The notes under the pieces are model-generated. The model had not been told where the DNA came from, did not search any database, and saw nothing but the letters and a program-made list of their open reading frames with translations. The translations under genes and the position numbers were made by a program. 36,395 nt of DNA from Octopus bimaculoides (lineage: Eukaryota), in contig NC_069003.1 of assembly GCF_001194135.2 (NCBI RefSeq), positions 6,767,506 to 6,803,900 of the forward strand, in the 5' to 3' direction. Below, one piece after another: positions 22,681 to 33,398 of this stretch (positions are counted from its first letter, which is position 1; every line of letters begins with the position of its first letter).

Positions 22681-23043
22681 AAATTTCCCTAAAGCTTTTC
22701 TTTGTTTTTTTTTTTGCTTCTTTTTTAAATTCAAAATTGAAGCGGGAGACATTTAACTGTTTCGATATTAACCGGAAATACAGGGACAGCTACAGCATGG
22801 TCACAGAAGCATAATAACTGTAACCAAAACGACAACGTTGTTGAAAGAACAGAAAGCAACAATTCATACTATAGCGATTCTCGCTCGCACTAAACAGCCC
22901 GCCTGCCATCCCCCACCACCACCGCTGACACTAAACAACAATAAACGTTCGAAAAGAACGCATGATGCCTATAAAACAATACAAACATAGGATGCTATTT
23001 CTCATTACCGTTAATAAAAGCTAAAACAAATGAACAATTGTCG
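22600..23043 (+). other. Candidate non-coding first exon
   Basis: Unique sequence ending tcg|gtaagt (GT at 23044-23045), followed by an AT/microsatellite-rich intron-like sequence. The start position is a guess. Confidence 0.4.
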
Positions 23044-23089
23044 GTAAGTATTTTAATATTTTTCGTTTTGTTTTAGGTGGATGGATATA

Positions 23090-23374
23090 TATATTACTGT
23101 ATATTTTGTGTGTGTGCATGTATGGATGCATATATGTATGTTTATATGTGCGGGTGTATGTTTATATATGTATTTGTATGTGTGTCTGTGCGTCTATGGA
23201 TTCATGTATATGTCTACATATATATGTATCTCTGAATGTGTGTGTATGTAAGTATATATCTGTGTAAACATGCGTGAATTTACATGTTTGTATGTGTGTA
23301 TCATATATGCGCATATCAAGTCACTCAAACACACACACGTGTATGTGTGTGTATATAAGCATAGATATACGCAC

Positions 23375-23411
<37 letters not shown>

Positions 23412-23482
23412 CACAGATACACATGCACGTGTGTATGCATATATATGCACATACACACACACACCGATACATGCATAATACA

Positions 23483-23538
<56 letters not shown>

Positions 23539-23611
23539 AACACGTATATTCGTTATTCAATATTATATATGTGTGTATATATGCATTTAAAGATAGTTAC
23601 ACATACACACA
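23090..23611. repeat. Compound TA/TG/CA microsatellite field
   Basis: Direct inspection. Confidence 0.9.
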
Positions 23612-25159
23612 NNNNNNNNNNNNNNNNNNNNNNNNNNNNNNNNNNNNNNNNNNNNNNNNNNNNNNNNNNNNNNNNNNNNNNNNNNNNNNNNNNNNNNNNN
23701 NNNNNNNNNNNNNNNNNNNNNNNNNNNNNNNNNNNNNNNNNNNNNNNNNNNNNNNNNNNNNNNNNNNNNNNNNNNNNNNNNNNNNNNNNNNNNNNNNNNN
23801 NNNNNNNNNNNNNNNNNNNNNNNNNNNNNNNNNNNNNNNNNNNNNNNNNNNNNNNNNNNNNNNNNNNNNNNNNNNNNNNNNNNNNNNNNNNNNNNNNNNN
23901 NNNNNNNNNNNNNNNNNNNNNNNNNNNNNNNNNNNNNNNNNNNNNNNNNNNNNNNNNNNNNNNNNNNNNNNNNNNNNNNNNNNNNNNNNNNNNNNNNNNN
24001 NNNNNNNNNNNNNNNNNNNNNNNNNNNNNNNNNNNNNNNNNNNNNNNNNNNNNNNNNNNNNNNNNNNNNNNNNNNNNNNNNNNNNNNNNNNNNNNNNNNN
24101 NNNNNNNNNNNNNNNNNNNNNNNNNNNNNNNNNNNNNNNNNNNNNNNNNNNNNNNNNNNNNNNNNNNNNNNNNNNNNNNNNNNNNNNNNNNNNNNNNNNN
24201 NNNNNNNNNNNNNNNNNNNNNNNNNNNNNNNNNNNNNNNNNNNNNNNNNNNNNNNNNNNNNNNNNNNNNNNNNNNNNNNNNNNNNNNNNNNNNNNNNNNN
24301 NNNNNNNNNNNNNNNNNNNNNNNNNNNNNNNNNNNNNNNNNNNNNNNNNNNNNNNNNNNNNNNNNNNNNNNNNNNNNNNNNNNNNNNNNNNNNNNNNNNN
24401 NNNNNNNNNNNNNNNNNNNNNNNNNNNNNNNNNNNNNNNNNNNNNNNNNNNNNNNNNNNNNNNNNNNNNNNNNNNNNNNNNNNNNNNNNNNNNNNNNNNN
24501 NNNNNNNNNNNNNNNNNNNNNNNNNTATATATATATGATTATATATGGTGTACTTTCAAATTAAGCATAAAATAACGGCGTGCTTTTTTCTTTTTTTTTT
24601 CTTGTATTTCATTTCCTGTGGCTGGAAAAATATTTAAAACAAACCAAAATCACAACAGCAGGAGTAAGAGACAAGTTGGCCAGTTCTTACCTGTGGCTTC
24701 CGAGACAAACTGCTCTCCTCACCAACAACAACAACAACAACACAAGGACTACCGATTACAGAGTTTGGAACACGCCTGGATTATTATTATCTCCACCTAC
24801 CCGACCGAGAACACACCCATTTTCCCATCACACACTGTCACGGAGACGTGCTTACACACACACTCACTTACATATACACATATAAATGTATTACATGCAT
24901 ACATACATACATACGCACGCACTGACTAAACTGTGAGTAAAAGAAAAGAAAAAAAATCCGATCTTTCTCTTCGACTTTATCATTCATCGTTATTAACGAA
25001 AACACAGCGACAACCACAACACTTGAACAGTTGTAGCTGGACAATATCACCACCATCGTTATCAATACCACTACTATCATCATCAACAGCAGCAGCAGTA
25101 ACAGCAGCAGCAAGTCGACCGAGCAGTGGGACCCGCGCCCGTTGCTGTTCATTTTGCGC

Positions 25160-25567
25160 ATGGTGATGGAAGAGGAGCAAACAAACTTTACGGACGGCCA
25201 CCTGGAGAACGAACGGCCCGTATGTAAACCCACCCACCACTTCTGTGCTGACTACGATCACTTCTATAACCGTTATCTGCCGGAACTAGCCAACTGCTTC
25301 CTTCTTCCTGGAACCATTCTTCCCAATATATACCCGCTTTACCCGTTATATAACCTCTTCAAATTCTTACATCAGATCCACAGCCGGTTCACTTACCTAG
25401 CAATCTTTATCGAGTTCACTTCGCTGGCAATATTAATCCGACGATTCTCCGTTACTATCATTATTAGTTTTGTTAATATTATTGTTGTTATTACTACTAC
25501 TGCTACTGTTATTCTTCGTCTCTTTTCTTCAAGACAACTTCAGAAAACCTTGGAAATCAAGTCATGA
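25160..25567 (+). CDS. Candidate 135-aa upstream ORF with a hydrophobic C-terminal half
   Basis: The frame is stop-free from 25037 to 25567, with ATGs at 25160 and 25166 (gtgATGG). Its TGA overlaps the next ATG (ATGA at 25564-25567). No recognised homology. Confidence 0.3.
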   Translation: MVMEEEQTNFTDGHLENERPVCKPTHHFCADYDHFYNRYLPELANCFLLPGTILPNIYPLYPLYNLFKFLHQIHSRFTYLAIFIEFTSLAILIRRFSVTIIISFVNIIVVITTTATVILRLFSSRQLQKTLEIKS

Positions 25568-28435
25568 CGGCAATATTGAATTTAGACAGTCTCCAAACAG
25601 TTTGTGTTCTTCACAGTTTTAGGAAGTGCAATGACACGGCAACAAAGTTCTTTGATTGCCAAAATGTAGTTTATACTGACCTACGACAGGAAAATGACGT
25701 CTCCACTTTACCTGTCCGAACTAATGGACAAAGAGATTACTTCTCCACTTTACCTGTCCGAAATAATGGACAAAGAGATGACCTTTCCACGTTACCCAGA
25801 GATGACCTCTCTACGTTACCTGTCCGAAATAATGGACTAAGGGACGAACTCTCCACGTTTACTGTCCGGAATGGACAGAGAGATGACCTCCACACGTTAC
25901 CTGTCCCAAATAATGGACTAAAAGACGACCTCTCCACGCTACCAAGTGATAACCTCTCCATTTTACCAGTCCGAAATGGACAGAGTGATAACCTTTCCGG
26001 ATTTGCTGTCCGAAATAATGAACTAAGAGATGACCTCTCCACGTTACCTGTCCGAAATGACGGACAAAGAGATGACCTCTCAAATTCAACAATCCGGAAT
26101 AACGGACCAGGAGGTGACCTTTCACCTTTAATCATTATCGGAAATCAATTTGAACTTTCTAACCAACAGGATGGTCAGTTTGACCGCTCTCCCCTCCTAC
26201 GTGGTAATAATCTTTGCTGTTATTGTTACAATCACCACAACCAACACCTCCACAGCCACCAACACCACAATCATCACCACCACCACCATCATCATCATCA
26301 CATCAACAACCATAACCATTATTTACATCGTCAGCTTCATCCCAATCGTCATCATCATCGTCGTTGTCGCTGTCGACATTCTCAGCATCATCAACGTTGC
26401 ACCCGACACGCCACAATCACCGCCATCGTCACCACCACCACCACCAACAACAACAATAGCAACACTAACAACAACACCACCAACAACAACACATATATGC
26501 ATCCCGCCTTACACACGCAGCACTATACCACCACACCTCTTCTGCGTCGCCGCCGTGACACCCTACATTTAGAGCAGCGACGTCACACACTCCGTCACGA
26601 TCATCATCACTATCATCATCATCATCATCACAAACAACTTCAGCAATATTGCGAGGACATTGTGGATTATTACTGTTATAATTGTCATCATCATCATAAT
26701 CAACCACATCGTCGTAACTGTATGAAACGGAGGGGAAATGACAACCCAGCTGACTCAAGTTCGAATCACAGTCGCGTCGCAAACATCACCGGTGAGCTTG
26801 AGTTTCTTTCTCCTCTTCACCACCACCACCACCACCACCACCACCACCATCATCATCACCATCATCTCCTCCCTTCCAGTACTGTCATCGCCACCCCTCA
26901 NNNNNNNNNNNNNNNNNNNNNNNNNNNNNNNNNNNNNNNNNNNNNNNNNNNNNNNNNNNNNNNNNNNNNNNNNNNNNNNNNNNNNNNNNNNNNNNNNNNN
27001 NNNNNNNNNNNNNNNNNNNNNNNNNNNNNNNNNNNNNNNNNNNNNNNNNNNNNNNNNNNNNNNNNNNNNNNNNNNNNNNNNNNNNNNNNNNNNNNNNNNN
27101 NNNNNNNNNNNNNNNNNNNNNNNNNNNNNNNNNNNNNNNNNNNNNNNNNNNNNNNNNNNNNNNNNNNNNNNNNNNNNNNNNNNNNNNNNNNNNNNNNNNN
27201 NNNNNNNNNNNNNNNNNNNNNNNNNNNNNNNNNNNNNNNNNNNNNNNNNNNNNNNNNNNNNNACTACTACTACTACAGACGGTGCCGTCGCAGGTTCGAG
27301 TGGCGAAAGGGTCACAGGTTCGGAATGGTGTCTGCATTGCTGTTGCCACGACCGACGGCACCGCTGCTGTTCCGACGACGCGAACCCTCAACCTTGTGTC
27401 CCATACAATTGCGACACGCCAAAACTACCGGAGCTACCGCTACCGTTGCTTCTACTACCAGGAGTACCATGCGAACGTATCGGACATCGGTTGACTGTTT
27501 TAGCAAGAAGCAGCATCGGTTTAAGTGATCACCACCACCACCACAATCATCATCATCAGCAGCAGCAGCAGCACTGTCGCTATCATCACCATTTTTCTTC
27601 AGACAGTTGCCATAACGACAGAGAACAATGTTCTTTCAGTTTATTCCACCACCACCACGACCACCACGACCAGCATCATCATCATCATCAGAAACAAGAA
27701 CAGAATAACAGCCACCACCACCACCACTACTACTACTACCGGCAACAGTGCCACGGTTTCGAAAAGCACTTGTTGCATATCCATCATCATCATCGTCGTC
27801 ATAGCAGCGAGCTTTGTATCAACAACAGCAGCAGCAGCAGCGGTGATAACTATTCCACAGAAATCACAGCTGTCAGGGCAACTACTACTACTACTACTAC
27901 TACTACTAGTAATGATGATGACAATACATCACTCTGCCGGGTGGACAACAGCAGCGACACACGACGGAATAACTTGACTGCAACTCCCTCGTGTCTCGAC
28001 ATCGATGCCGCCGCCGCCGCCACCGCCCTCCGCAACAGCGGTGATACCAGCGGCACCGGCGGCACCAGTTCTTCAACCAAGGATCCCAACAGCACATCAT
28101 GGATTACAAAAAACCACCATGAAACTGCAATCGACCGTAAAATCGACAAAAACAAAAACCAGAACAACAACAAGAGGAATAATAATAATAATAATAATAA
28201 TATTAATACTAATAATAATTATCATCAACAACAACCTATTGTTGGCAAATGTAGTAAATGTGATCAAAGTGTCTGTGAGTGTTACAGATATTCTAAGCGA
28301 GATCGAAACGTGCACCTTGGGACTTCGGCCAAAAGTGCCGAGGTCGGAAAGAAAACCAATCGTCTGTCGCAGATATTTGTGAAGAAATCGCCAAATCTTA
28401 CACATGAGATGTCACGAAGTTGGCCTTTGACACAG
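25564..28435 (+). CDS. Large low-complexity coding exon (~950 aa, partial gene): 14-aa repeats plus His/Asn/Thr/Gln runs; unknown protein
   Basis: 445 open codons before the gap (26901-27262) and 391 after it, and only one frame is open throughout on each side. Repeat indels are all multiples of 3, with many synonymous changes. Phase-0 donor cag|gtaagg at 28436. Candidate acceptor after a pyrimidine tract at 25543. Confidence 0.7.
25693..26127 (+). repeat. Coding tandem repeat, 42-nt unit (DDLSTLPVRNNGQR), 11 units plus a partial one
   Basis: Unit lengths are 42,42,24,42,39,42,24,39,42,42,42 nt. Confidence 0.95.
26901..27262. other. Assembly gap inside the coding exon
   Basis: 362 N. Other gaps: 730-1182, 2456-3320, 6262-6549, 6750-6759, 10277-10574, 17616-18075, 20367-20680, 22022-22509, 23612-24525, 30847-30986, 31452-31499, 32509-32767. 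Confidence 1.
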
Positions 28436-28504
28436 GTAAGGTTCACATAAACTTTTTTTTTCATTCCAATACTTTTGCCGACCTCGTTTTTCCTCCTCCA
28501 CCAT

Positions 28505-28833
28505 TTTTACTGAACTATACATCTCTCTCTCTACCTCTCCTTTCTCTGTATCTCTCTTATCTTTCTACCCCCTCTCTCTCTCTCTCTCTCTCCCATCGCT
28601 CTCTTTCTCTCCCATCGCTCTACCTCTTTCTCATCGCTCTACCTTTCTATCATCTCACTACTTCTCTCTCTCATTTCTCTGCCTTTCTGACATTTCTATA
28701 TATCTCATTCACTCTCTCTTTCTCTCTCTCTCATCTCTACCTCTCTATCATCTCACTACTTCTCTCTCCCATCGCTCTACCTCTCATCTCTCCCACTTAT
28801 CTCTCTCATCTCTCTGATATTTCTATATATCTC

Positions 28834-28874
<41 letters not shown>

Positions 28875-28875
28875 T
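28505..28875. repeat. Polypyrimidine CT-rich tract with a recurring cccatcgctct unit
   Basis: Direct inspection. Confidence 0.9.
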
Positions 28876-29031
28876 TCTAAGTCCCCATCGGGTTCTGTTT
28901 TGTATTTAAAATTTCAGCGAGGGGACGTCGATAACTTTAACATCACTGAAGTTCTGAGAATCTATTCTAACTAACAACTGACTGCATCTCTTTCACGAAT
29001 TGTCTGTTCTTGTGTTAACTATTATTATTAT

Positions 29032-29482
29032 TTGGTTAAATCATTTGCCCGTCGGACAAAATGCCTGTCGATATTTCTTCCGACTCATTACGTTGTGAGT
29101 TCAAATTCCACCGAGGTTAAATTTGTCTTTCATCACTCCGAGGTCGATAAAACATCCTGCTGGGTTCGAACGAATAATATCTACTGCCCCCCTGCCCCTA
29201 ACACTGTTGATCTTGTGCCAAAATATTATTATTATTATTATTATTATAAGGCGGCGAGCTGACAGAATCGTTAGCACGCTGGACGAAATGCTTAGCTACG
29301 TTCTGAGTTCAAATTTCGCCGAGGTTGACTTTGCCTTTAATCCTTTCGAGCTCGATAAAATTAGTACCAGTTACGCACTGGGGTCGATATAATCCACTAG
29401 TCCCCTCCCTCAAATTTTCAAGCCTTGTGCCTATTGTAGAAAGGATTCTTCTTATTACAAAGGCAGAATCGTTAGCACGCCG
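29032..29482 (+). mobile_element. SINE-B chain: diverged copy, full copy, and a truncated head
   Basis: Copies at ~29032-29226, 29248-29447 and 29459-29482, linked by ATT/CTT repeats. Confidence 0.85.
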
Positions 29483-29489
29483 TATGGGT

Positions 29490-29684
29490 CAGTGGTTCTC
29501 AAACAGGGTTCGTATGACTTTTGGGATTCCCTTTACGTAAGATTTTCTTAAAATTTATCTGTAATAAATTGGTTGTACCTCTACAATACACAAAATAGGC
29601 ATCAAATGTTTGAGGGTTCATCCGAGCGAAACAAGGATCAAGGGGTGGGGGAGGGGCATAGAGAAAAATGGTTGAGAACCACTG
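29490..29684. mobile_element. hAT (Charlie-like) MITE, 195 bp
   Basis: 13-bp TIR cagtggttctcaa / ttgagaaccactg. No clean 8-bp TSD (gtatgggt vs gagcggat). Confidence 0.7.
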
Positions 29685-29742
29685 GAGCGGATCACATACT
29701 CTGCAAATTGGGTTGGTGGTTGGGTAATATGTGTGTATGTGA

Positions 29743-30080
29743 AGGTGCATGGCTGAGTGGTTAGAGCATCGGGCTCTCAATCACAAGGTAGCGAGTTCGA
29801 TTCCCGGACCGGGCTGTGTGTTGTGTTCTTGAGCAAGACACTTTATTTCATACTGCTCCAGTTCACCCAGCTGCAGCAATGGGTTGTGACGTCCCTGGTG
29901 CCAAGCTGTATCGGGCCCCTTTGCCTTTCCCTTGGATGACATCGGTGGCATGGAGAGGAGAGGTTGGTATTCATGGGTGATTGCTGGTCTTCCATAAACA
30001 ACCTTGCCTGGACTTGTACCTCGGAGGGGAACTTTCCAGGTGCGATCCCATGGTCATTCATGACAGAAGCGGAGTCTTTA
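29743..30080 (+). mobile_element. SINE-D, full length
   Basis: tggctgagtggttagagc A-box, gagttcgattcc B-box, then gtgttcttgagcaagacact. The tail is shared with 31514-31803. Confidence 0.9.
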
Positions 30081-30474
30081 TATATTTTTGTTTTTTAGTA
30101 TATGTGTAAGCCCTGTTATAAAGGATATCTTGTAACGATGGATACACACACCTGGATTCATATTATACGCTTTCCTTAATTAACCCGTTTCAATTTTAGA
30201 TACTTGCGTTTAAATTACATCGTATTGTGAAAGCTTCTCTCCCGAATACTTCTTGCCTATTACACCTGTCCACCTGCCTGAGAACTTTGCAACATGTCCG
30301 GCCTAACAAAACTTTTGCTTTCAGTTTTCTCATTTGCAACAAATATTGCTATTTTTCTAAATTTCATCAACGTAATCGCAATTTAACCCATTGAAAACTT
30401 GTCTTAACAAAATTTCATTAAAAAATATATTTTTTCAAAAAGTTTTCACATTTATTCTGCATTTCTTGTGTTTC

Positions 30475-30515
<41 letters not shown>

Positions 30516-30524
30516 ATACGATGT

Positions 30525-30832
30525 AAAGCCCAGTACTTATTCTATCGGTCTCTTTTTGCCGAACCGCTAAGTTACGGGAACGTAAACACAACACCATCGG
30601 TTGTCAAGCGATGTTGGGTGGGGGGGGAGACAAACAGACACACACATACGCATATATACATATATACGACAGGCTTCTTTCAGTTTCCATCTACCAAATC
30701 CACTCACAAGGCTTTGGTCGGCCCGAGGCTATAGTAGAAGACACTTGGCCAAGGTGCCACGCAGTGGGACTGAACCCGAAACCATGTGGTTGGTAAGCAA
30801 GCTACTTACCACACAGCCACTCCTGCGCCTAT
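30525..30832 (-). mobile_element. SINE-A, partial tail
   Basis: Colinear with 34860-35194. Confidence 0.9.
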
Positions 30833-31069
30833 ATGTAAATAGATTCNNNNNNNNNNNNNNNNNNNNNNNNNNNNNNNNNNNNNNNNNNNNNNNNNNNNNN
30901 NNNNNNNNNNNNNNNNNNNNNNNNNNNNNNNNNNNNNNNNNNNNNNNNNNNNNNNNNNNNNNNNNNNNNNNNNNNNNNNNNNNNNNTGCGTAAATAAATT
31001 AAAAGTACCCCAGAGAGAAGGTATACTGCTTCTAAGTAGGTCTAGTTTCTTGAAGACTGGTATGATGTT

Positions 31070-31214
31070 TGCATTATTTACATTTACATTCAGCGGATAT
31101 TTGTCCTCATCTTAACCTCTACGCCATATGCCCCACGGGCATATGGCGTAGTGGTTAAGAGCGCGGGCTACTAACCCCAAGATTCCGAGTTCGATTCCAA
31201 GCAGTGACCTGAAC

Positions 31215-31252
<38 letters not shown>

Positions 31253-31420
31253 CATCGAAAAATACCTTAGGAATGAGAACCCAGGTTCTAAATTTCCCCA
31301 AGACACCTGATGAAGGCTGGAGGGTATATCAACTGAAATGTTTTAACAACAAACAAGATGAGGACAAATATCTATCAAATGTAAATAACGCACATAATTC
31401 CTCATCTCTTAAATATAGAA
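31070..31420. mobile_element. Head-to-head dimer of a tRNA-headed, hammerhead-bearing element (family E); left arm internally deleted
   Basis: The right arm 31137-31420 has a tRNA-like head (tggcgtagtggtta, gagttcgattcc), (AAT)n and a hammerhead core. The left arm 31070-31133 is the reverse complement of the right arm's two ends. Confidence 0.75.
31302..31346 (+). ncRNA. Decayed minimal hammerhead ribozyme motif
   Basis: gacac-CTGATGA-A-GGCTG-gagggtatat-CAACT-GAAAT-GTT. Stem II has 4 of 5 pairs, ACGT has decayed to ATGT, and the 3' strand of stem I is damaged. Confidence 0.5.
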
Positions 31421-31513
31421 TGGTATGATATTTGTTTTATTAAAGTGTGTGNNNNNNNNNNNNNNNNNNNNNNNNNNNNNNNNNNNNNNNNNNNNNNNNG
31501 GGGGGGGTTATCG

Positions 31514-31803
31514 TATGACTCAGTGGTTAGATTGTGTTGTGTTCTTGAGCAAGAAACTTCATTTCACATTGCTCCAGTTCACTCAGCTGTAGAAATGAGA
31601 TGCGACGTCACTGGTGCCAAGCTGTATCGGCCCCTTTGCCTTTCCCTTGGATAACATCAGTGGTGTGGAGAGGGGGGGCTGCTATGCATGGGTGACTGCT
31701 GGTCTTCTATAAACGTTACACAACCTTGCCCGGACTTGTGCTTCGGAGGGGAACTTTCTAGGTGCAATCTCGTGGTCATTCATGACCGAGGTGGGTCTTC
31801 ACC
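31514..31803 (+). mobile_element. SINE-D with a deleted head
   Basis: Colinear with 29816-30080. Confidence 0.9.
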
Positions 31804-32183
31804 TTTGACCCTATATTCTATCAGTCAGCAGAAGTAACTTTTTAACATTCCCAATGTTTATTTCTTATTCGGGTTTCTTATACTTTAATACATTTCTTTC
31901 AACTTATTTCTACACAGTTTTCATCGAAAGAAATCAGATCGTTTCTGTTTTTGATTATATCGAGGAATTTACTGTTCGTGTTCTCTTATCGGCAATGTCC
32001 CCGAGTTTCATAACCATGTCCTTTCAATGGAGAACATCTTCATATAGCCCAATAGGTATATTGACCTACCTCAATAGGTTTGTTGGCCTAAGCTGTCTAC
32101 CAGATGACGTCACCCAGAAATACTCTTCAGCCTTTGTCTTTATTAAAGGTGATGTTAGCACCTGTATATATATTTTGTGGGGA

Positions 32184-32508
32184 GGAGGCGCAATGGCCCA
32201 GTGGTTAGGGCAGCGGACTCGCGGTTTCGATTCCCAGACCGGGCGTTGTGAGTGTTTATTGGGCGAAAACACCTAAAAGCTCCACGACGCTCCGGCAGGG
32301 GATAGTGGCGAACCCCGCTGTACTCTTTCACCACAACTTTCTCTCACTCTTACTTCCTGTTTCTGTTGTTCCTGTAATTCAAAGGGTCAGCCTTGTCACA
32401 CTGTGTCACGCTGAATATCCCCGAGAACTACGTTAAGGGTACACGTGTCTGTGGAGTGCTCAGCCAGTTGCACGTTAATTTCACGAGCAAACTGTTCCGT
32501 TGATCGGA
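32184..32508 (+). mobile_element. SINE-C (C2 tail), runs into a gap
   Basis: Reverse complement of 14344-14716, with a head deletion between repeated tcgcgg motifs. Confidence 0.9.
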
Positions 32509-32767
32509 NNNNNNNNNNNNNNNNNNNNNNNNNNNNNNNNNNNNNNNNNNNNNNNNNNNNNNNNNNNNNNNNNNNNNNNNNNNNNNNNNNNNNNNNNNNN
32601 NNNNNNNNNNNNNNNNNNNNNNNNNNNNNNNNNNNNNNNNNNNNNNNNNNNNNNNNNNNNNNNNNNNNNNNNNNNNNNNNNNNNNNNNNNNNNNNNNNNN
32701 NNNNNNNNNNNNNNNNNNNNNNNNNNNNNNNNNNNNNNNNNNNNNNNNNNNNNNNNNNNNNNNNNNN

Positions 32768-33077
32768 ACCAGTGAAACACTGGGGTCGATGTGATCGACT
32801 AGTCACTTCTCCCCGCAAATATCAGGCCTTGTGCCTTTAGTAGAAAAGATTATTATTATTAGATGCGGCGCGCTGGTAGAATCGTTAGCACGCCGGGCGA
32901 AATGCTTAGCGGTATTTCGCCTGTCTTTACGTTCTGAGTTCGAATTCCACCGAGGTCGACTTTGCCTTTTATCCTTTCGGGGTCGATAAATTGAATACCA
33001 GTTGAGTGCTGAGGTCGATCTAATCTACTGGCCCCCTCTCCCAAATTTCAGGACTTGTGCCTATAATAGAAAGGATT
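32768..33077 (+). mobile_element. SINE-B tail followed by a full SINE-B
   Basis: 32768-32851 and 32862-33077, joined by (ATT)n. Confidence 0.9.
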
Positions 33078-33398
33078 GTGATAGGGAGAAGCTGACTTTG
33101 CAACCACATGGTTTCGGGTTCAGTTCAACTTCGCTGTTCCTTGGGCAAGTGTCTTCTACTATAATCCCGGTTCGACCAATGCCTTATGAGAGAATTTGGT
33201 TAACGGAAACTGTGTGGAACCCGTCGTATGTACGTGTGTGTGTGTGGTGGTAAGAAGCTGGCTTCCCAGCTACATGGCCCCGATTTAGTCCCACTGTGTG
33301 GCACCTTGGACAAATGTCTTCTACTATAACCCCGGTTCAATCAATGCCTTATGAGCGAATCTGTTAAACGGAAACTGTGTGAAACCCGTCGTGTGTGT
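33078..33398 (+). mobile_element. Two tandem SINE-A heads of one subfamily
   Basis: Both share cccggttc...caatgccttatgag...cggaaactgtgtg.aacccgtcgt. Confidence 0.8.

Noticed and set aside
24685-25400. Minus-strand AG|GTAAG donors at ~24690 and ~25396
   Set aside because: A few such 7-mers are expected by chance in 36 kb, and the adjoining minus frames are short or closed.
25737-26135. Minus-strand ORF over the 42-nt repeat (VERSSLCPLFRTGN)
   Set aside because: The synonymous variation fits the + frame, and this frame closes at 25737.
29743-29815. tRNA gene calls for SINE heads (also 31137, 32184 and 19701)
   Set aside because: A and B boxes are present but there is no complete cloverleaf acceptor stem, and each continues into a repeated SINE body.
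31854-32276. 140-aa + strand ORF
   Set aside because: Non-ATG start, ends inside a SINE, no recognisable motif and no convincing splice pair.
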